Below are positions 30,572 to 40,361 of a stretch of DNA of 64,000 bases, one piece after another (position 1 is the stretch's first letter; every line of letters begins with the position of its first letter). Origin of the DNA: Thermodesulfobacteriota bacterium (GTDB lineage: Bacteria; Desulfobacterota; Desulfobacteria; Desulfobacterales; C00003060); NCBI GenBank assembly GCA_034189385.1, contig JAXHVD010000004.1, forward strand, positions 64,001-128,000, written 5' to 3'. The notes beneath the pieces were generated by a model. It ran no database searches and was not told where the DNA came from. It saw only the letters and a program-made list of their open reading frames with translations. The translations under genes were made by a program, and so were the position numbers.

Positions 30572-32248
30572 CTAGCCAGAGTATGGCTCTTTTGCATAGA
30601 TCCAGCTATTGGTGCCGCCAGTAAGGGTCTTTACATCTTTGAACCCTTTCATCAAAAGCAACCGGTTTCCCACATAGGATCGCAACCCCACAGCGCAGTA
30701 CAAAATGGTCTCCTTGTCTGGGTCCAGTTCCTTTAGGCGGCCCCTGAGATCATCAATCGGGATATGAATGGCCCCTGGGATCAGACCTGTTTCCTTTACT
30801 TCCTCTTCCGTTCGCGTATCAATGAGTTGCAATGTCTCATTGCTTTGCAATTTTTGCTGCAATGCAGCGGGAGTAATGGGATTCCAATCTCCCACAGAGA
30901 AATTCTGGCCCAAAGCACCAGCCACAATCACCGGATCTCTTGCCGCAGAGTAAGGCGGGGCATAGGCTAGGTCGAGTTGTAACAGATCCTCCAACGTCAT
31001 CCCGTTGAAGACGGCTGTTGCCATGACATCGATGCGCTTGTCCACACCCTTTTCCCCAATGATTTGAGCTCCCAAAAGGCGACCACTCTCTTGATGGGCA
31101 ATGGACTTGATTTGAAGGTCCTTTGCCTCAGGATAATAGCCTGCACGGTCTCCGGCAACCACGTAGGTCACCAAAGGAGAAAAGCCCTCGGACACGGCTT
31201 GGGCCTCAGAGAGACCCGTTTTGGCCACGGCCAGGTCAAATACCTTCACGATAACGGTCCCCGTAAATCCTTTGACGGCGATCTGCCTTCCCATCGCATT
31301 CGCACCGGCCGCCCGGCCTTCCTTGTTGGCTGCCGATCCCATGGGCACCAGGGTGGGCTTGCCTGTCACCAGATTCATGCTCTCTACACAGTCACCAGCG
31401 GCAAAGATATTGGGATCGTTGGTTTGCATATATTCATTGACCTGAATTCCCCCATTGGGCCCGATGACCAAACCACAACCCTTGGCCAGTTCCGTCTTGG
31501 GCCGAACGCCCACGGCCATGATCACCAAGTCGGCGGAGAGCTCTTTGCCCTTCGTGGTTAGAACCTTGCCCCGCCCGTCTTTTTGCTCAATGGATGTCAC
31601 CCCTTCTGAGAGTATGAGTTCCACGTCCTTTCCGTTCAAATGTTGATGAACCACTTCTGCCATTTCCCTGTCCAAAAAGGTAAGGACCTGGGGCATAAAC
31701 TCTACAACTGAGACCTTAACATCCTTGTGGGCCAGGTTTTCAACGGCCTCCATGCCGATGAGTCCCCCTCCAACGACGACAGCCCTTTCTGGTTTTTTTT
31801 CTTTCAGGTGGTCGTAAATGCGGTCCGTATCCTGCAAGGTCTTCAAGGTAAACACAAAGGGCAGATCTACTCCAGGAATAGGGGGGGTAATGGCATCGGC
31901 ACCCGTTGCCAAAATCAGTCGGTCATAGGATTCCTCAAACATCTCCCCGGTGGTAAGGTTTTCTACTGTTACCTTCTGTTCAGCACGATCAATGGCAAGG
32001 ACCTTGTGGCGGGTCTTCACCTCCACATTGAAACGGTTTTTGAAAAACTCCCCCGTGGTAATCAGCAGGCTGTCTCTTTTTTCAATCACGCCGGAAAGGT
32101 AGTAAGGAAGACCACAGGTTGCATACGAAATATCCTCACCCATCTCAAACATGACAATGTCTGCGTCTTCGTTGCACCGCCGGGCCTTAGCCGCCGCTGA
32201 CGCCCCTGCGGCCACACCGCCAACAATTACAAGCTTTGTTCGTTTCAT
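30572..32248 (-). CDS. CoA-disulfide/persulfide reductase with C-terminal rhodanese domain
   Basis: GGVAAGASAA, SYATCGLPY, GGGLIG, AYAPPYS; rhodanese YCAVGLRS. Confidence 0.9.
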   Translation of the reverse strand: MKRTKLVIVGGVAAGASAAAKARRCNEDADIVMFEMGEDISYATCGLPYYLSGVIEKRDSLLITTGEFFKNRFNVEVKTRHKVLAIDRAEQKVTVENLTTGEMFEESYDRLILATGADAITPPIPGVDLPFVFTLKTLQDTDRIYDHLKEKKPERAVVVGGGLIGMEAVENLAHKDVKVSVVEFMPQVLTFLDREMAEVVHQHLNGKDVELILSEGVTSIEQKDGRGKVLTTKGKELSADLVIMAVGVRPKTELAKGCGLVIGPNGGIQVNEYMQTNDPNIFAAGDCVESMNLVTGKPTLVPMGSAANKEGRAAGANAMGRQIAVKGFTGTVIVKVFDLAVAKTGLSEAQAVSEGFSPLVTYVVAGDRAGYYPEAKDLQIKSIAHQESGRLLGAQIIGEKGVDKRIDVMATAVFNGMTLEDLLQLDLAYAPPYSAARDPVIVAGALGQNFSVGDWNPITPAALQQKLQSNETLQLIDTRTEEEVKETGLIPGAIHIPIDDLRGRLKELDPDKETILYCAVGLRSYVGNRLLLMKGFKDVKTLTGGTNSWIYAKEPYSG

Positions 32249-32673
32249 CTGACTCCTGATCCCCCTCATACTGTTCTTTAAGTCGATTTTGTCGTTCTGG
32301 ATTGTAGCACCACCCACGTCTTCCCTAAAACCCATTATATCGTAAGGACAATAGTACCCATGTCAAGCCGTTCGCCCCAAATCTTGGTCCTTGTCCTGCA
32401 GTCGTGTCCCAGAAGTACCTGTGTCGTTCGTCACTATGTAGGCGAAAGCCTTTTCCGCGCGACATGGAGCATTTTCGGAATCCACTTCTCCTTCACCCAT
32501 GGGGCACCAAGGCTTTAAGGGTTTTCATGGATAACAGGGGCTCTAATAGCCCTTTCCTGGCGCCGATCTGACTTGACAAATGGGCACGGTGTTGTGAAAA
32601 ATGGCGGACTGACACGCCGCCCTTGGCGTACCAGCCCTTAGCACTACCATATGATGACCGGGGATGATGGAGC

Positions 32674-33117
32674 ATGCTGGACTACACCTTCAAGCTGGAC
32701 TTCCAGGTTCGTGATTACGAATGCGATATGCAGGGTATCGTCAATAACGCCGTCTATCAGAACTATTTGGAACACACGCGTCATGCCTTCCTGCAGACCC
32801 TTGGGATCGACTTTGCTGAAGTGACAAGGCGAAAGATCCATCTCGTGGTCATCCGGGCAGAACTCGACTACAGGCACCCCCTTAGTAGTGGCGATCGTTT
32901 TTGGGTTGGACTGAACCTGGAACGGGTATCACCCATCCGGTTTGCCTTCCTGCAGGACGTATACAGACACCCCGACCATCGACTTATCTTAAATGCCAGG
33001 ATCATTGGAACGGCCATGAACGAAAAAGGGCGGCCAGAACTGCCACCAGAGATTGAACGGATGCTGGCCGGAGGGGTATGGAAAAGGAGTCAGGGAGACC
33101 ACGATGAAAACGTTTAG
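32674..33117 (+). CDS. 4HBT/YbgC-like acyl-CoA thioesterase
   Basis: VRDYECDMQGIVNNAVYQNYLEHTR. Confidence 0.9.
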   Translation: MLDYTFKLDFQVRDYECDMQGIVNNAVYQNYLEHTRHAFLQTLGIDFAEVTRRKIHLVVIRAELDYRHPLSSGDRFWVGLNLERVSPIRFAFLQDVYRHPDHRLILNARIIGTAMNEKGRPELPPEIERMLAGGVWKRSQGDHDENV

Positions 33118-34522
33118 AACCAGTGTGCTGGGCACCCTTTTGAGCTTTGTTGCCATGGGCCTCTGTATGGCACCCGTGGGGATGGCCAGTGCTCCTGCAA
33201 AAAAAGAAGAGCCCAAGATTACCACCGAGATTACACACAAACCGATCCCCTATTTCGTGCCCGAAAGCAGAATCGGGCTCAAGGTCAGAATCATGGATAA
33301 GCATAGCATTAACCTTGTGCGATGCTATTTCCGTGCCGCCCAGGAGAGGGACTATGTTTTTGTCACCATGATGCCGATAGTCGATTTCTATGAGGGGATT
33401 CTTCCTTCACCCAGTAAAGAGACAGAAGCTATTCAATACCTCTTCTTGGTGGTGAACGGCCGCAACCAAGTGGTGAAAACACAAACATTCGAAGTGAAGA
33501 AGAAGGATAAAGACAAGATCCCACCGTGGCAGCGAATAAGCTCAAAGGGCGACATCCGAGTGATCACTGAATTGGCCCAGCCCCCCAAGACGCTAGCAGG
33601 TTTCTCACACGCCATTGCCGTGGAAGTGGCTGAATCGTATTCGCGTTTCGGCTTTGTTGTAGATGGCCTTTACACAACCACACAGCAGGCAAGGGCTGGG
33701 GGACCCATCGGCATTGCTGCAGCAGCTGAATACGCAGGCACCGTTTTGGCCAAGACAGGAGATCGATCAACACTGGCCTATGTTGGCATAGGTGCTGCCC
33801 TGTTGGCAGGAGGGGCAGCGGCCGCAGGTGGAGGGGGCGGTGGAGGGGGAAATGGCAACCCAGCGACATCGTCATCAACGACAACGATCCCCTTCACAAC
33901 CACGTCATCGACCACAACATCAACGACAGTGCCTTCTACCACTTCCTCCACCACGACAGTGCCGTCAACCACCACAGTGCTGACGACAACATCTACCACT
34001 TCGGTGCCTGTCATAACAACATCTACCACCTCGGTGCCTGTCATAACAACATCTACCACCTCGGTGCCTGTGACAACAACATCTACCACCTCCTCCACCA
34101 CGACTGTGACGGCTCCCACCACGTCCACTACGTCATTTGCTCCCTGCACAGAAAACCAGCCCCCAAAGATGATCAGTGTCACGCCATATGGCTATCCAAA
34201 CACCACGTCTCTATGTGTGGGGGATCGCATGGCCTTTACGGCGAGCGCCTATGACGCTGATACGAATTGTGACATCCAACGGATTCACGTAAGGATTGTA
34301 AACACCAGCACGGGCGAAGAACGGGCGCAAGACTTCACTCCCCAACCTGGAACAGCCACCACCCATTTTACTGTCTCGGGGATCACCAATTACACCATTG
34401 GATTCGAGCAGGTGCAGTATTGCCTCTATGTGAGCCTGCTCGACAGATGCGGAAATTGGAGCGATGAGTTGTCCCGTTGCGCCTACAGCACCCCTTGCCC
34501 TGGCCACAGGGAATATCCTTAA
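33104..34522 (+). CDS. Secreted protein with a Thr/Ser-rich linker
   Basis: Signal peptide, Ig-like N-domain, GAALLAGGAAAAGGGG segment, about 90-aa T/S/V/P tract, Cys-containing C-domain. Confidence 0.65.
   Translation: MKTFRTSVLGTLLSFVAMGLCMAPVGMASAPAKKEEPKITTEITHKPIPYFVPESRIGLKVRIMDKHSINLVRCYFRAAQERDYVFVTMMPIVDFYEGILPSPSKETEAIQYLFLVVNGRNQVVKTQTFEVKKKDKDKIPPWQRISSKGDIRVITELAQPPKTLAGFSHAIAVEVAESYSRFGFVVDGLYTTTQQARAGGPIGIAAAAEYAGTVLAKTGDRSTLAYVGIGAALLAGGAAAAGGGGGGGGNGNPATSSSTTTIPFTTTSSTTTSTTVPSTTSSTTTVPSTTTVLTTTSTTSVPVITTSTTSVPVITTSTTSVPVTTTSTTSSTTTVTAPTTSTTSFAPCTENQPPKMISVTPYGYPNTTSLCVGDRMAFTASAYDADTNCDIQRIHVRIVNTSTGEERAQDFTPQPGTATTHFTVSGITNYTIGFEQVQYCLYVSLLDRCGNWSDELSRCAYSTPCPGHREYP
33984..34092 (+). 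repeat. 30-bp coding tandem repeat (about 3.5 copies; TTSTTSVPVI)
   Basis: ACAACATCTACCACYTCGGTGCCTGTCATA repeated. Confidence 0.85.
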
Positions 34523-34687
34523 CAAAGATGCCAAGGGTTGATATGGTTCCGCTCACCTGGCAGAAATCCATCCCTTTTTGTGACAAAGGCCCTGAATGGT
34601 GAACCAAAGAGGCCGGCAGGTGAAAGGCAGCTTGTGGTTCACGGGCAAGCCTTGTGGACACCTAGAGCGTGAAAGGGGGAAGAGACG

Positions 34688-35257
34688 ATGGCAAAAGTAT
34701 TGATTCTATATGCCACTGACTGGGGAAGCACGAAGAAGATGGCTGAGGCCGTGGCCGCGGGAGTGGCCACCGTGGAAGGGGCAGAGGCTACAGTAAAGAC
34801 GGCAGAAGAGGCCACCGCCGATGACGTCTTAGCTGCCGACGCGCTGGTCCTCGGATCACCGGTTCACATGGGCTCCATGGACTGGCGGGTAAAGCAGTTC
34901 ATAGACAAGGTGTGTGGCGGGCTCTGGATGGGGGACAAGATCGTTGGCAAAGTGGGCGCCGTATTTACATCTGGTGGGGGCTTTGGAAACGCCGGTGGCG
35001 GCTGTGAGTTAACGATGCTATCCATGATGAACAACCTGGCGGAACTGGGGCTCCTGCTGGTGCCTCTACCAAAAAACACCCCGGGCTATCCAAAAGGAGG
35101 CCTCCATTGGGGACCCTACGGTCGCTCCATGACCGAGGACCTCCAACCCTTTGAGGGCGGCGTACCGGATGAGAGAACCGAGGCCGCCCTCCATCACGGG
35201 GCAAATGTGGCCAGGGTAGCTGCCGCAACCAAAGGCAGGACACTCTTTGCGGAATAG
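34688..35257 (+). CDS. WrbA-like flavodoxin-fold FMN reductase
   Basis: YATDWGSTKKMA, LGSPVHMG, GKVGAVFTSGG. Confidence 0.85.
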   Translation: MAKVLILYATDWGSTKKMAEAVAAGVATVEGAEATVKTAEEATADDVLAADALVLGSPVHMGSMDWRVKQFIDKVCGGLWMGDKIVGKVGAVFTSGGGFGNAGGGCELTMLSMMNNLAELGLLLVPLPKNTPGYPKGGLHWGPYGRSMTEDLQPFEGGVPDERTEAALHHGANVARVAAATKGRTLFAE

Positions 35258-35571
35258 TTGCACAGGGTAATTTAAAAGACTATGGAGACCCGTTCTCGCG
35301 GGCTGTTGCCCTTGGCAGGATGAATCTGACCCCTTCATCTGGCCCCGCCATATGGGGCAGGAGACTGCTGAAGCTATGCACTGACGAGGGATTGAGAAAT
35401 AAGTGGTCATTCGCCCTGTAGGAAATAGACTTGACCTTCGTGCAGACCAGTTGGCCTTTGCCTCGGACGGCAGCGATATTCCGCTCCTGTTCGAAAAAAG
35501 TCTGCAGCTCGTATAACCACCGTGGCTGGACTTGCCCTGCAGACCATGTGCGCCCTGCCACGCCATATAAA

Positions 35572-36057
35572 ATGGATACCAACGCCCTACTCTGGCTGCC
35601 AGCTGTCATCTTGGTCATAACCGGTCTCGCAGGGCTGGCCTTTCCCGCGCTCCCTGGCGTTTTGTTGTTGCTTGCCGGGCTCGTCGTAGCGGCTTGGGCC
35701 GAGCACTTCGTTTATGTAGGCTGGGGCACCATCTCTATTCTCGCCCTTTTTTCCGTTTTCGCCTACGGAGTGGACTTCCTTGCCGGCGCACTGGGTGCCA
35801 AGCGTTTCGGTGCCAGCAAGCGGGCCATCTTGGGGGCCGCCCTAGGCGGTTTCATTGGCATCTTCTTCGGCTTGCCTGGGATTTTTCTTGGGCCCTTTCT
35901 GGGTTCCGTCTTGGGAGAACTGTCTGTCCGACGGGATCTACACGCCGCAGGGCGCGCAGGAGTTGGCGCATGGCTCGGACTTGTGGTGGGAACGGCCGCC
36001 AAGATCGCCATTGCATTCACCATGCTCGGAATCTTTGTACTTGCTCGTTTCCTTTAG
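35572..36057 (+). CDS. DUF456 membrane protein
   Basis: FPALPG, GAKRFGAS, GPFLGSVLGEL. Confidence 0.85.
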   Translation: MDTNALLWLPAVILVITGLAGLAFPALPGVLLLLAGLVVAAWAEHFVYVGWGTISILALFSVFAYGVDFLAGALGAKRFGASKRAILGAALGGFIGIFFGLPGIFLGPFLGSVLGELSVRRDLHAAGRAGVGAWLGLVVGTAAKIAIAFTMLGIFVLARFL

Positions 36058-36218
36058 AGGGAAGGTGGAAACACAGGATACATGCATCGTTGGGCTAAAT
36101 GTGTCCACGGGGGTCCCATGAAGGACGGCAAAAAGCCCAAGAAGGGAAGAGATATCCAAAATAAAAGGGCACTCCATCTGAAACAATGAAGTGCCCTGGT
36201 TCGACTTGGGAAAACGCC

Positions 36219-36419
36219 CTACTCGACAGTCACGTTTACTGCAGCTGGACCTTTTGCGCCCTGCTGGATGTCAAAGGTCACGCTGTCGCCTTCGTTGAGA
36301 GACTTGAAGCCAGACCCGTTGATCCCAGAATGGTGAACGAATACATCCGGTCCATCTTCTTGCTCAATGAAGCCGTAGCCCTTTTGGTCATTAAACCATT
36401 TTACCGTTCCATTGGCCAT
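36219..36419 (-). CDS. csp: Cold-shock protein (CspA family)
   Basis: [28 protein letters not shown] promoter and long structured 5' UTR upstream. Confidence 0.95.
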   Translation of the reverse strand: MANGTVKWFNDQKGYGFIEQEDGPDVFVHHSGINGSGFKSLNEGDSVTFDIQQGAKGPAAVNVTVE

Positions 36420-36815
36420 AGTGACACCTCCCTTTCAAAGTAATTCTCATAGTTCCAAACTTCAGGCTGCCACTTTTGACAAATGGGTCTTCCTTCAGAA
36501 CGAAACCGGGTCGCCAATAAGGACGACCCTTTATTGATTACAGAAATTATAACACTTCCTTGAAAAAAATCAAATTATTTGTGTTTTTTTTGATAGACCT
36601 CGGATAAGGAAATCATGGCCAAGTGCAAGAAGGCCCCATGAGAATATTTTTCACATTATAGCTATCCTTTTTTATCCATGTTAAAACAATACCTTCTCGC
36701 TGATCCATCCATTCAGTCTCTTGGCCCTTTCAGTGTCCAGGCCAACCTCATGGGCGACCCCGGATGGGCCGTTTTTGAGAACACCGCGTGGGACAGCCTT
36801 TAGGGAGCTATATCC

Positions 36816-37712
36816 ATGATCTCCAAGACAGCCTTTAGGTCCGGATTTGTGGCCATTGTTGGTGCACCCAATGTGGGTAAATCTACCCTTCTAAACCAAT
36901 GTCTCGGGCAGAAGGTGGCCATCACATCGGAAAAACCCCAGACAACCCGCAACCGCATCCTCGGTGTGGCTCACCGTCCCCAGGCACAGCTCATCTTTCT
37001 GGATACCCCGGGCATCCATCGAGCCAAGGGGCCCCTGAATGCACGCATGGTAGAGGTGGCCCTAAAGGTGGTGGAAAGCGTTGATTTGGTCGTCCTCATG
37101 ACAGATGCCGCCGCTCCACACAAGGCCGCAGATGATATCATCCTGCGCGTCTTAAGAAAGAAGAACCTCCCGGTGGTCCTTGCCGTCAACAAGATCGACC
37201 TGGTGAATAAAGAGAGACTGCTTCCCCTTATCGATCAATGGCAAAAGGCCTACCCCTTTGAAACCATTGTCCCCCTATCGGCCCTTGAAGGCACCCAGGT
37301 GGACGAACTGGTGACAGAGATGCTGAAACTGCTTCCTGAAGGGCCCAAGTACTATCCGGACGACAGCCTCACCGATATGCCGGAACGCTTTATTGCAGGA
37401 GAAATGATTCGGGAAAAGGTCTTTCGCCTCACCGGTGAAGAGATCCCCTATGCCGTGGCCGTGACAGTGGAGTCTTTCAAGGAGCGTTTAGAAAAGGACC
37501 TTATTGACATACAGGCGACCATCCACGTGGAAAAGGAGACGCAGAAACCTATCATTATCGGAAAGGGGGCAAAGATGCTCAAACGGATCGGAACCCATGC
37601 CAGAAAAGACATTGAGCGTATGGTGGGGTGCAAGGTCTTCTTGAAGCTATTTGTCCGGGTACAGAAAAACTGGACCCGGGATAGCAGGGCCATCCGGAGA
37701 TTCGGCTACTGA
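36816..37712 (+). CDS. era: GTPase Era
   Basis: GAPNVGKSTL, PQTTR, DTPG, NKID; KH domain EEIPY...IIGKG. Confidence 0.96.
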   Translation: MISKTAFRSGFVAIVGAPNVGKSTLLNQCLGQKVAITSEKPQTTRNRILGVAHRPQAQLIFLDTPGIHRAKGPLNARMVEVALKVVESVDLVVLMTDAAAPHKAADDIILRVLRKKNLPVVLAVNKIDLVNKERLLPLIDQWQKAYPFETIVPLSALEGTQVDELVTEMLKLLPEGPKYYPDDSLTDMPERFIAGEMIREKVFRLTGEEIPYAVAVTVESFKERLEKDLIDIQATIHVEKETQKPIIIGKGAKMLKRIGTHARKDIERMVGCKVFLKLFVRVQKNWTRDSRAIRRFGY

Positions 37713-37713
37713 C

Positions 37714-38556
37714 ATGATCCTTTCCTTCCATCCAAACATTGTGGCCGAAAAGAACATCCTTTGTGCTGGCCGCCTGCCAAATGACGAAGATCGGGCTGCC
37801 ATTTGTCAGGCCCAGGCGGTGATCCTCTTTCAGGGCTGCACGGAGGCCCTTTACAAAATGTGCCGCCACCATTGCCCCCACGTCTTTCCCAACTATGACG
37901 TCCGCTTTGACTATCCAGGCAAAGTCGGCCAAGCCAGGCTGTTTCAAGAATTGGATGCCCCCTTCCCCCAGACGCACACCTTTGACCAGCTGTCTTCCTA
38001 CCAGGACCTTCGTGGCCATAAAGGGTGCCAGTTTCCTTTGGGCTTTCCTTGCGTCTTCAAGTTCGACTGGGGTGGCGAAGGGGAGGGGGTCTTTTTGCTC
38101 AAGACAGAGGCGGACCTGGCTGAAGCCCTAAAGAAAGCACAGCAGGTCGAACAAGGGGGCCTAAAGGGCTTTTTACTTCAGGAGTATATCCCTTGCAGCG
38201 CACGGAGCCTGCGGGTTGTCATGATTGGAGACAAGCTCATCAGCTATTGGCGCCAACAACAAAACAGTGCTGCCTTTCTCAGCAATCTTAAGTCCGGAGC
38301 GCTCATTGATCGCGGGTCAGACCCAGGACTCCAGGAGGAAGGAAAGGCCCTGGTCAAAGACTTTTCCTCGAAAACCGGCATCAACCTTGCTGCTTTTGAC
38401 CTTCTCTTTTCAGACACTGAACAGAAGCCAAACCCTTTTTTTCTGGAAATCAACTATTTCTTTGGAAGACAAGGACTGGGAGGGTCCTTGAAGTATTATG
38501 AAATGGTGGATGAAGCCGTGGCCCGGTGGCTCAGCAATATAGGGCTAAGTCTTTGA
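37714..38556 (+). CDS. RimK-like ATP-grasp protein
   Basis: PCVFKFDWGGEGEGVFL, LQEYI, AAFDLL, FLEIN. Confidence 0.75.
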   Translation: MILSFHPNIVAEKNILCAGRLPNDEDRAAICQAQAVILFQGCTEALYKMCRHHCPHVFPNYDVRFDYPGKVGQARLFQELDAPFPQTHTFDQLSSYQDLRGHKGCQFPLGFPCVFKFDWGGEGEGVFLLKTEADLAEALKKAQQVEQGGLKGFLLQEYIPCSARSLRVVMIGDKLISYWRQQQNSAAFLSNLKSGALIDRGSDPGLQEEGKALVKDFSSKTGINLAAFDLLFSDTEQKPNPFFLEINYFFGRQGLGGSLKYYEMVDEAVARWLSNIGLSL

Positions 38557-39846
38557 ACGTCTTGGCCTTTGGCGCTTTTTTCTCGGCGATCCCTTCTTTC
38601 CCCTTGTGGATGAAGCAAAGGGCCTGGAGCGGCGGGATGTGACCCTTTTTCGTCTCGGCCGAGGCGGCTTGGCAATGTCCTTTTCATACCAATCATCGTC
38701 CGCCCATTGAACTGGTATCTTCTCTTCTACTAGTTCTTCCACGGCCTCAAGAAAATAGACGTATTTCTCACAGGCAAGCGTAATGGCCCGGCCGGTCTTG
38801 CCGGCGCGCCCGGTTCGCCCGATTCTGTGGACGTAGTCTTCAGGGTCTTGGGGAATATCGTAATTGATGACAATATCAATGTCTTCCACGTGAATACCCC
38901 TTGAGGCCACATCCGTAGCCACTAGGATCTTGATCTCTCCTGCCTTGAATCGTTGCATGATCCTCAAGCGCTTCTTCTGAGGGACCGTGCCCGTGATGCC
39001 TACGGCTGCCAAACCGTTCCCTCTCAGCTTCTGGGCAAGCATCTCTACGCCTGTTCGGGTATTGGAGAAGACCAGTACGCTGTCCCATGTCTCTCGTTTC
39101 AGCAACCCGAGCAAAAGGTTCATTTTCACACTATTTCCCACATGGTACACGACCTGGTCAATGCCCTTGACGGTGATTTCACGCTGGGCAAAGACCTCTT
39201 TTGGGTTGTTCATGTAATTATAGGCCAGCTCCATCACCGCATACCCAAGGGTCGCGGAAAAGAGCATGGACTGCCTTCTACTGTAAGGCGGCATCTGCTT
39301 GAGGATATAGCGGAGGTCTTTCACAAAGCCCATATCAAAAAGCCGGTCTGCTTCATCAATGACCAAGATGCGGATATTCTTGGGCCGAAAGACCTTCTGT
39401 TTCATGTAGTCGATCAAACGCCCTGGCGTGGCCACCACGATATCAGGGCCGGCGGCAAGGGCTTTTTGTTGCTTTATGTAGTCAATACCGCCAAAGACCG
39501 GCAGCACCTGAATCCCGGTATGGCCGCCCAAGACCTTGGCCTCTTCGCAGATCTGAACCGTAAGCTCTCGGGTGGGGGCAATAATCAGGGCCCGGGGCCC
39601 CGGACCCTTTGATGCCTTTTCCTTAAGCAGGCGATCGAAGATCGTGATGAGAAAGGCAGCGGTCTTGCCTGTGCCGGTCTGGGCCTGGGCAGCAATGTCT
39701 TTGCCTTTGGTGGTAAGAGGGAGGGCCAGGGATTGAATGTGCGTGCAGCGTTTGAACCCAGCAGTATCGATGCCCTTTAGGACCTGCTCTGGAAGGTCGA
39801 ATTCGGTGAACAGACTGTCTTCAGTTTCTATATCAGATACGGTCAT
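38545..39846 (-). CDS. DEAD-box RNA helicase (RhlB-like)
   Basis: AQTGTGKT, PTREL, DEAD, SAT, HRIGRTGRAG. Confidence 0.95.
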   Translation of the reverse strand: MTVSDIETEDSLFTEFDLPEQVLKGIDTAGFKRCTHIQSLALPLTTKGKDIAAQAQTGTGKTAAFLITIFDRLLKEKASKGPGPRALIIAPTRELTVQICEEAKVLGGHTGIQVLPVFGGIDYIKQQKALAAGPDIVVATPGRLIDYMKQKVFRPKNIRILVIDEADRLFDMGFVKDLRYILKQMPPYSRRQSMLFSATLGYAVMELAYNYMNNPKEVFAQREITVKGIDQVVYHVGNSVKMNLLLGLLKRETWDSVLVFSNTRTGVEMLAQKLRGNGLAAVGITGTVPQKKRLRIMQRFKAGEIKILVATDVASRGIHVEDIDIVINYDIPQDPEDYVHRIGRTGRAGKTGRAITLACEKYVYFLEAVEELVEEKIPVQWADDDWYEKDIAKPPRPRRKRVTSRRSRPFASSTRGKKGSPRKKRQRPRRSKT

Positions 39847-40055
39847 AACGTAGCGAGAAGCGGTAAGGTTTGTGAGGGTGTAGGTCCATGGACATGGTCA
39901 ACTATAGAGCACCTGGCACCCCTTTGCAAGGACAAGACCACGGCAAATTCCCTTGAAATGAACAGACCGCTTTATTAGAGTCCAGGGTTACGGAGTTTTG
40001 TTCTCACACAAACAGTGATGCTACGAGGGAATAAGCGATCTGTCGGGGGATCTGG

Positions 40056-40361
40056 TTGGAGTCTTTTATTGTCGACATAGACGAAAGCGCCATGCACCGG
40101 GAGCGAGAAAAGGCCCGAAAATTGCGCCAATCCCAGTGGTGGAAGCGCCAGTTGGACCGGGGCCGTTGCCATTACTGCGGCCGGCCTTTCCCCCCCAGCG
40201 CCCTCACCATGGACCATATCGTGCCTGTGGTCCGGGGTGGCAAATCTAAAAAGGGAAATCTCGTTCCTTCCTGCAAGGACTGCAATAACAAGAAAAAGCA
40301 CATGCTTCCTATTGAGTGGGAGGCATACCGTCGCTCCCTTGCCGAAAATGATACCCAATAA
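40056..40361 (+). CDS. Small HNH endonuclease
   Basis: CHYC...TMDHIVP...GNLVPSCKDCNNKK. Confidence 0.85.
   Translation: MESFIVDIDESAMHREREKARKLRQSQWWKRQLDRGRCHYCGRPFPPSALTMDHIVPVVRGGKSKKGNLVPSCKDCNNKKKHMLPIEWEAYRRSLAENDTQ

Noticed and set aside
33984..34092. Tandem repeats as a possible CRISPR array
   Set aside because: No unique spacers; in-frame coding repeat; no cas genes.
40056..40361. HNH gene as a mobile or defence nuclease
   Set aside because: Short stand-alone HNH with host-like composition in a housekeeping context.
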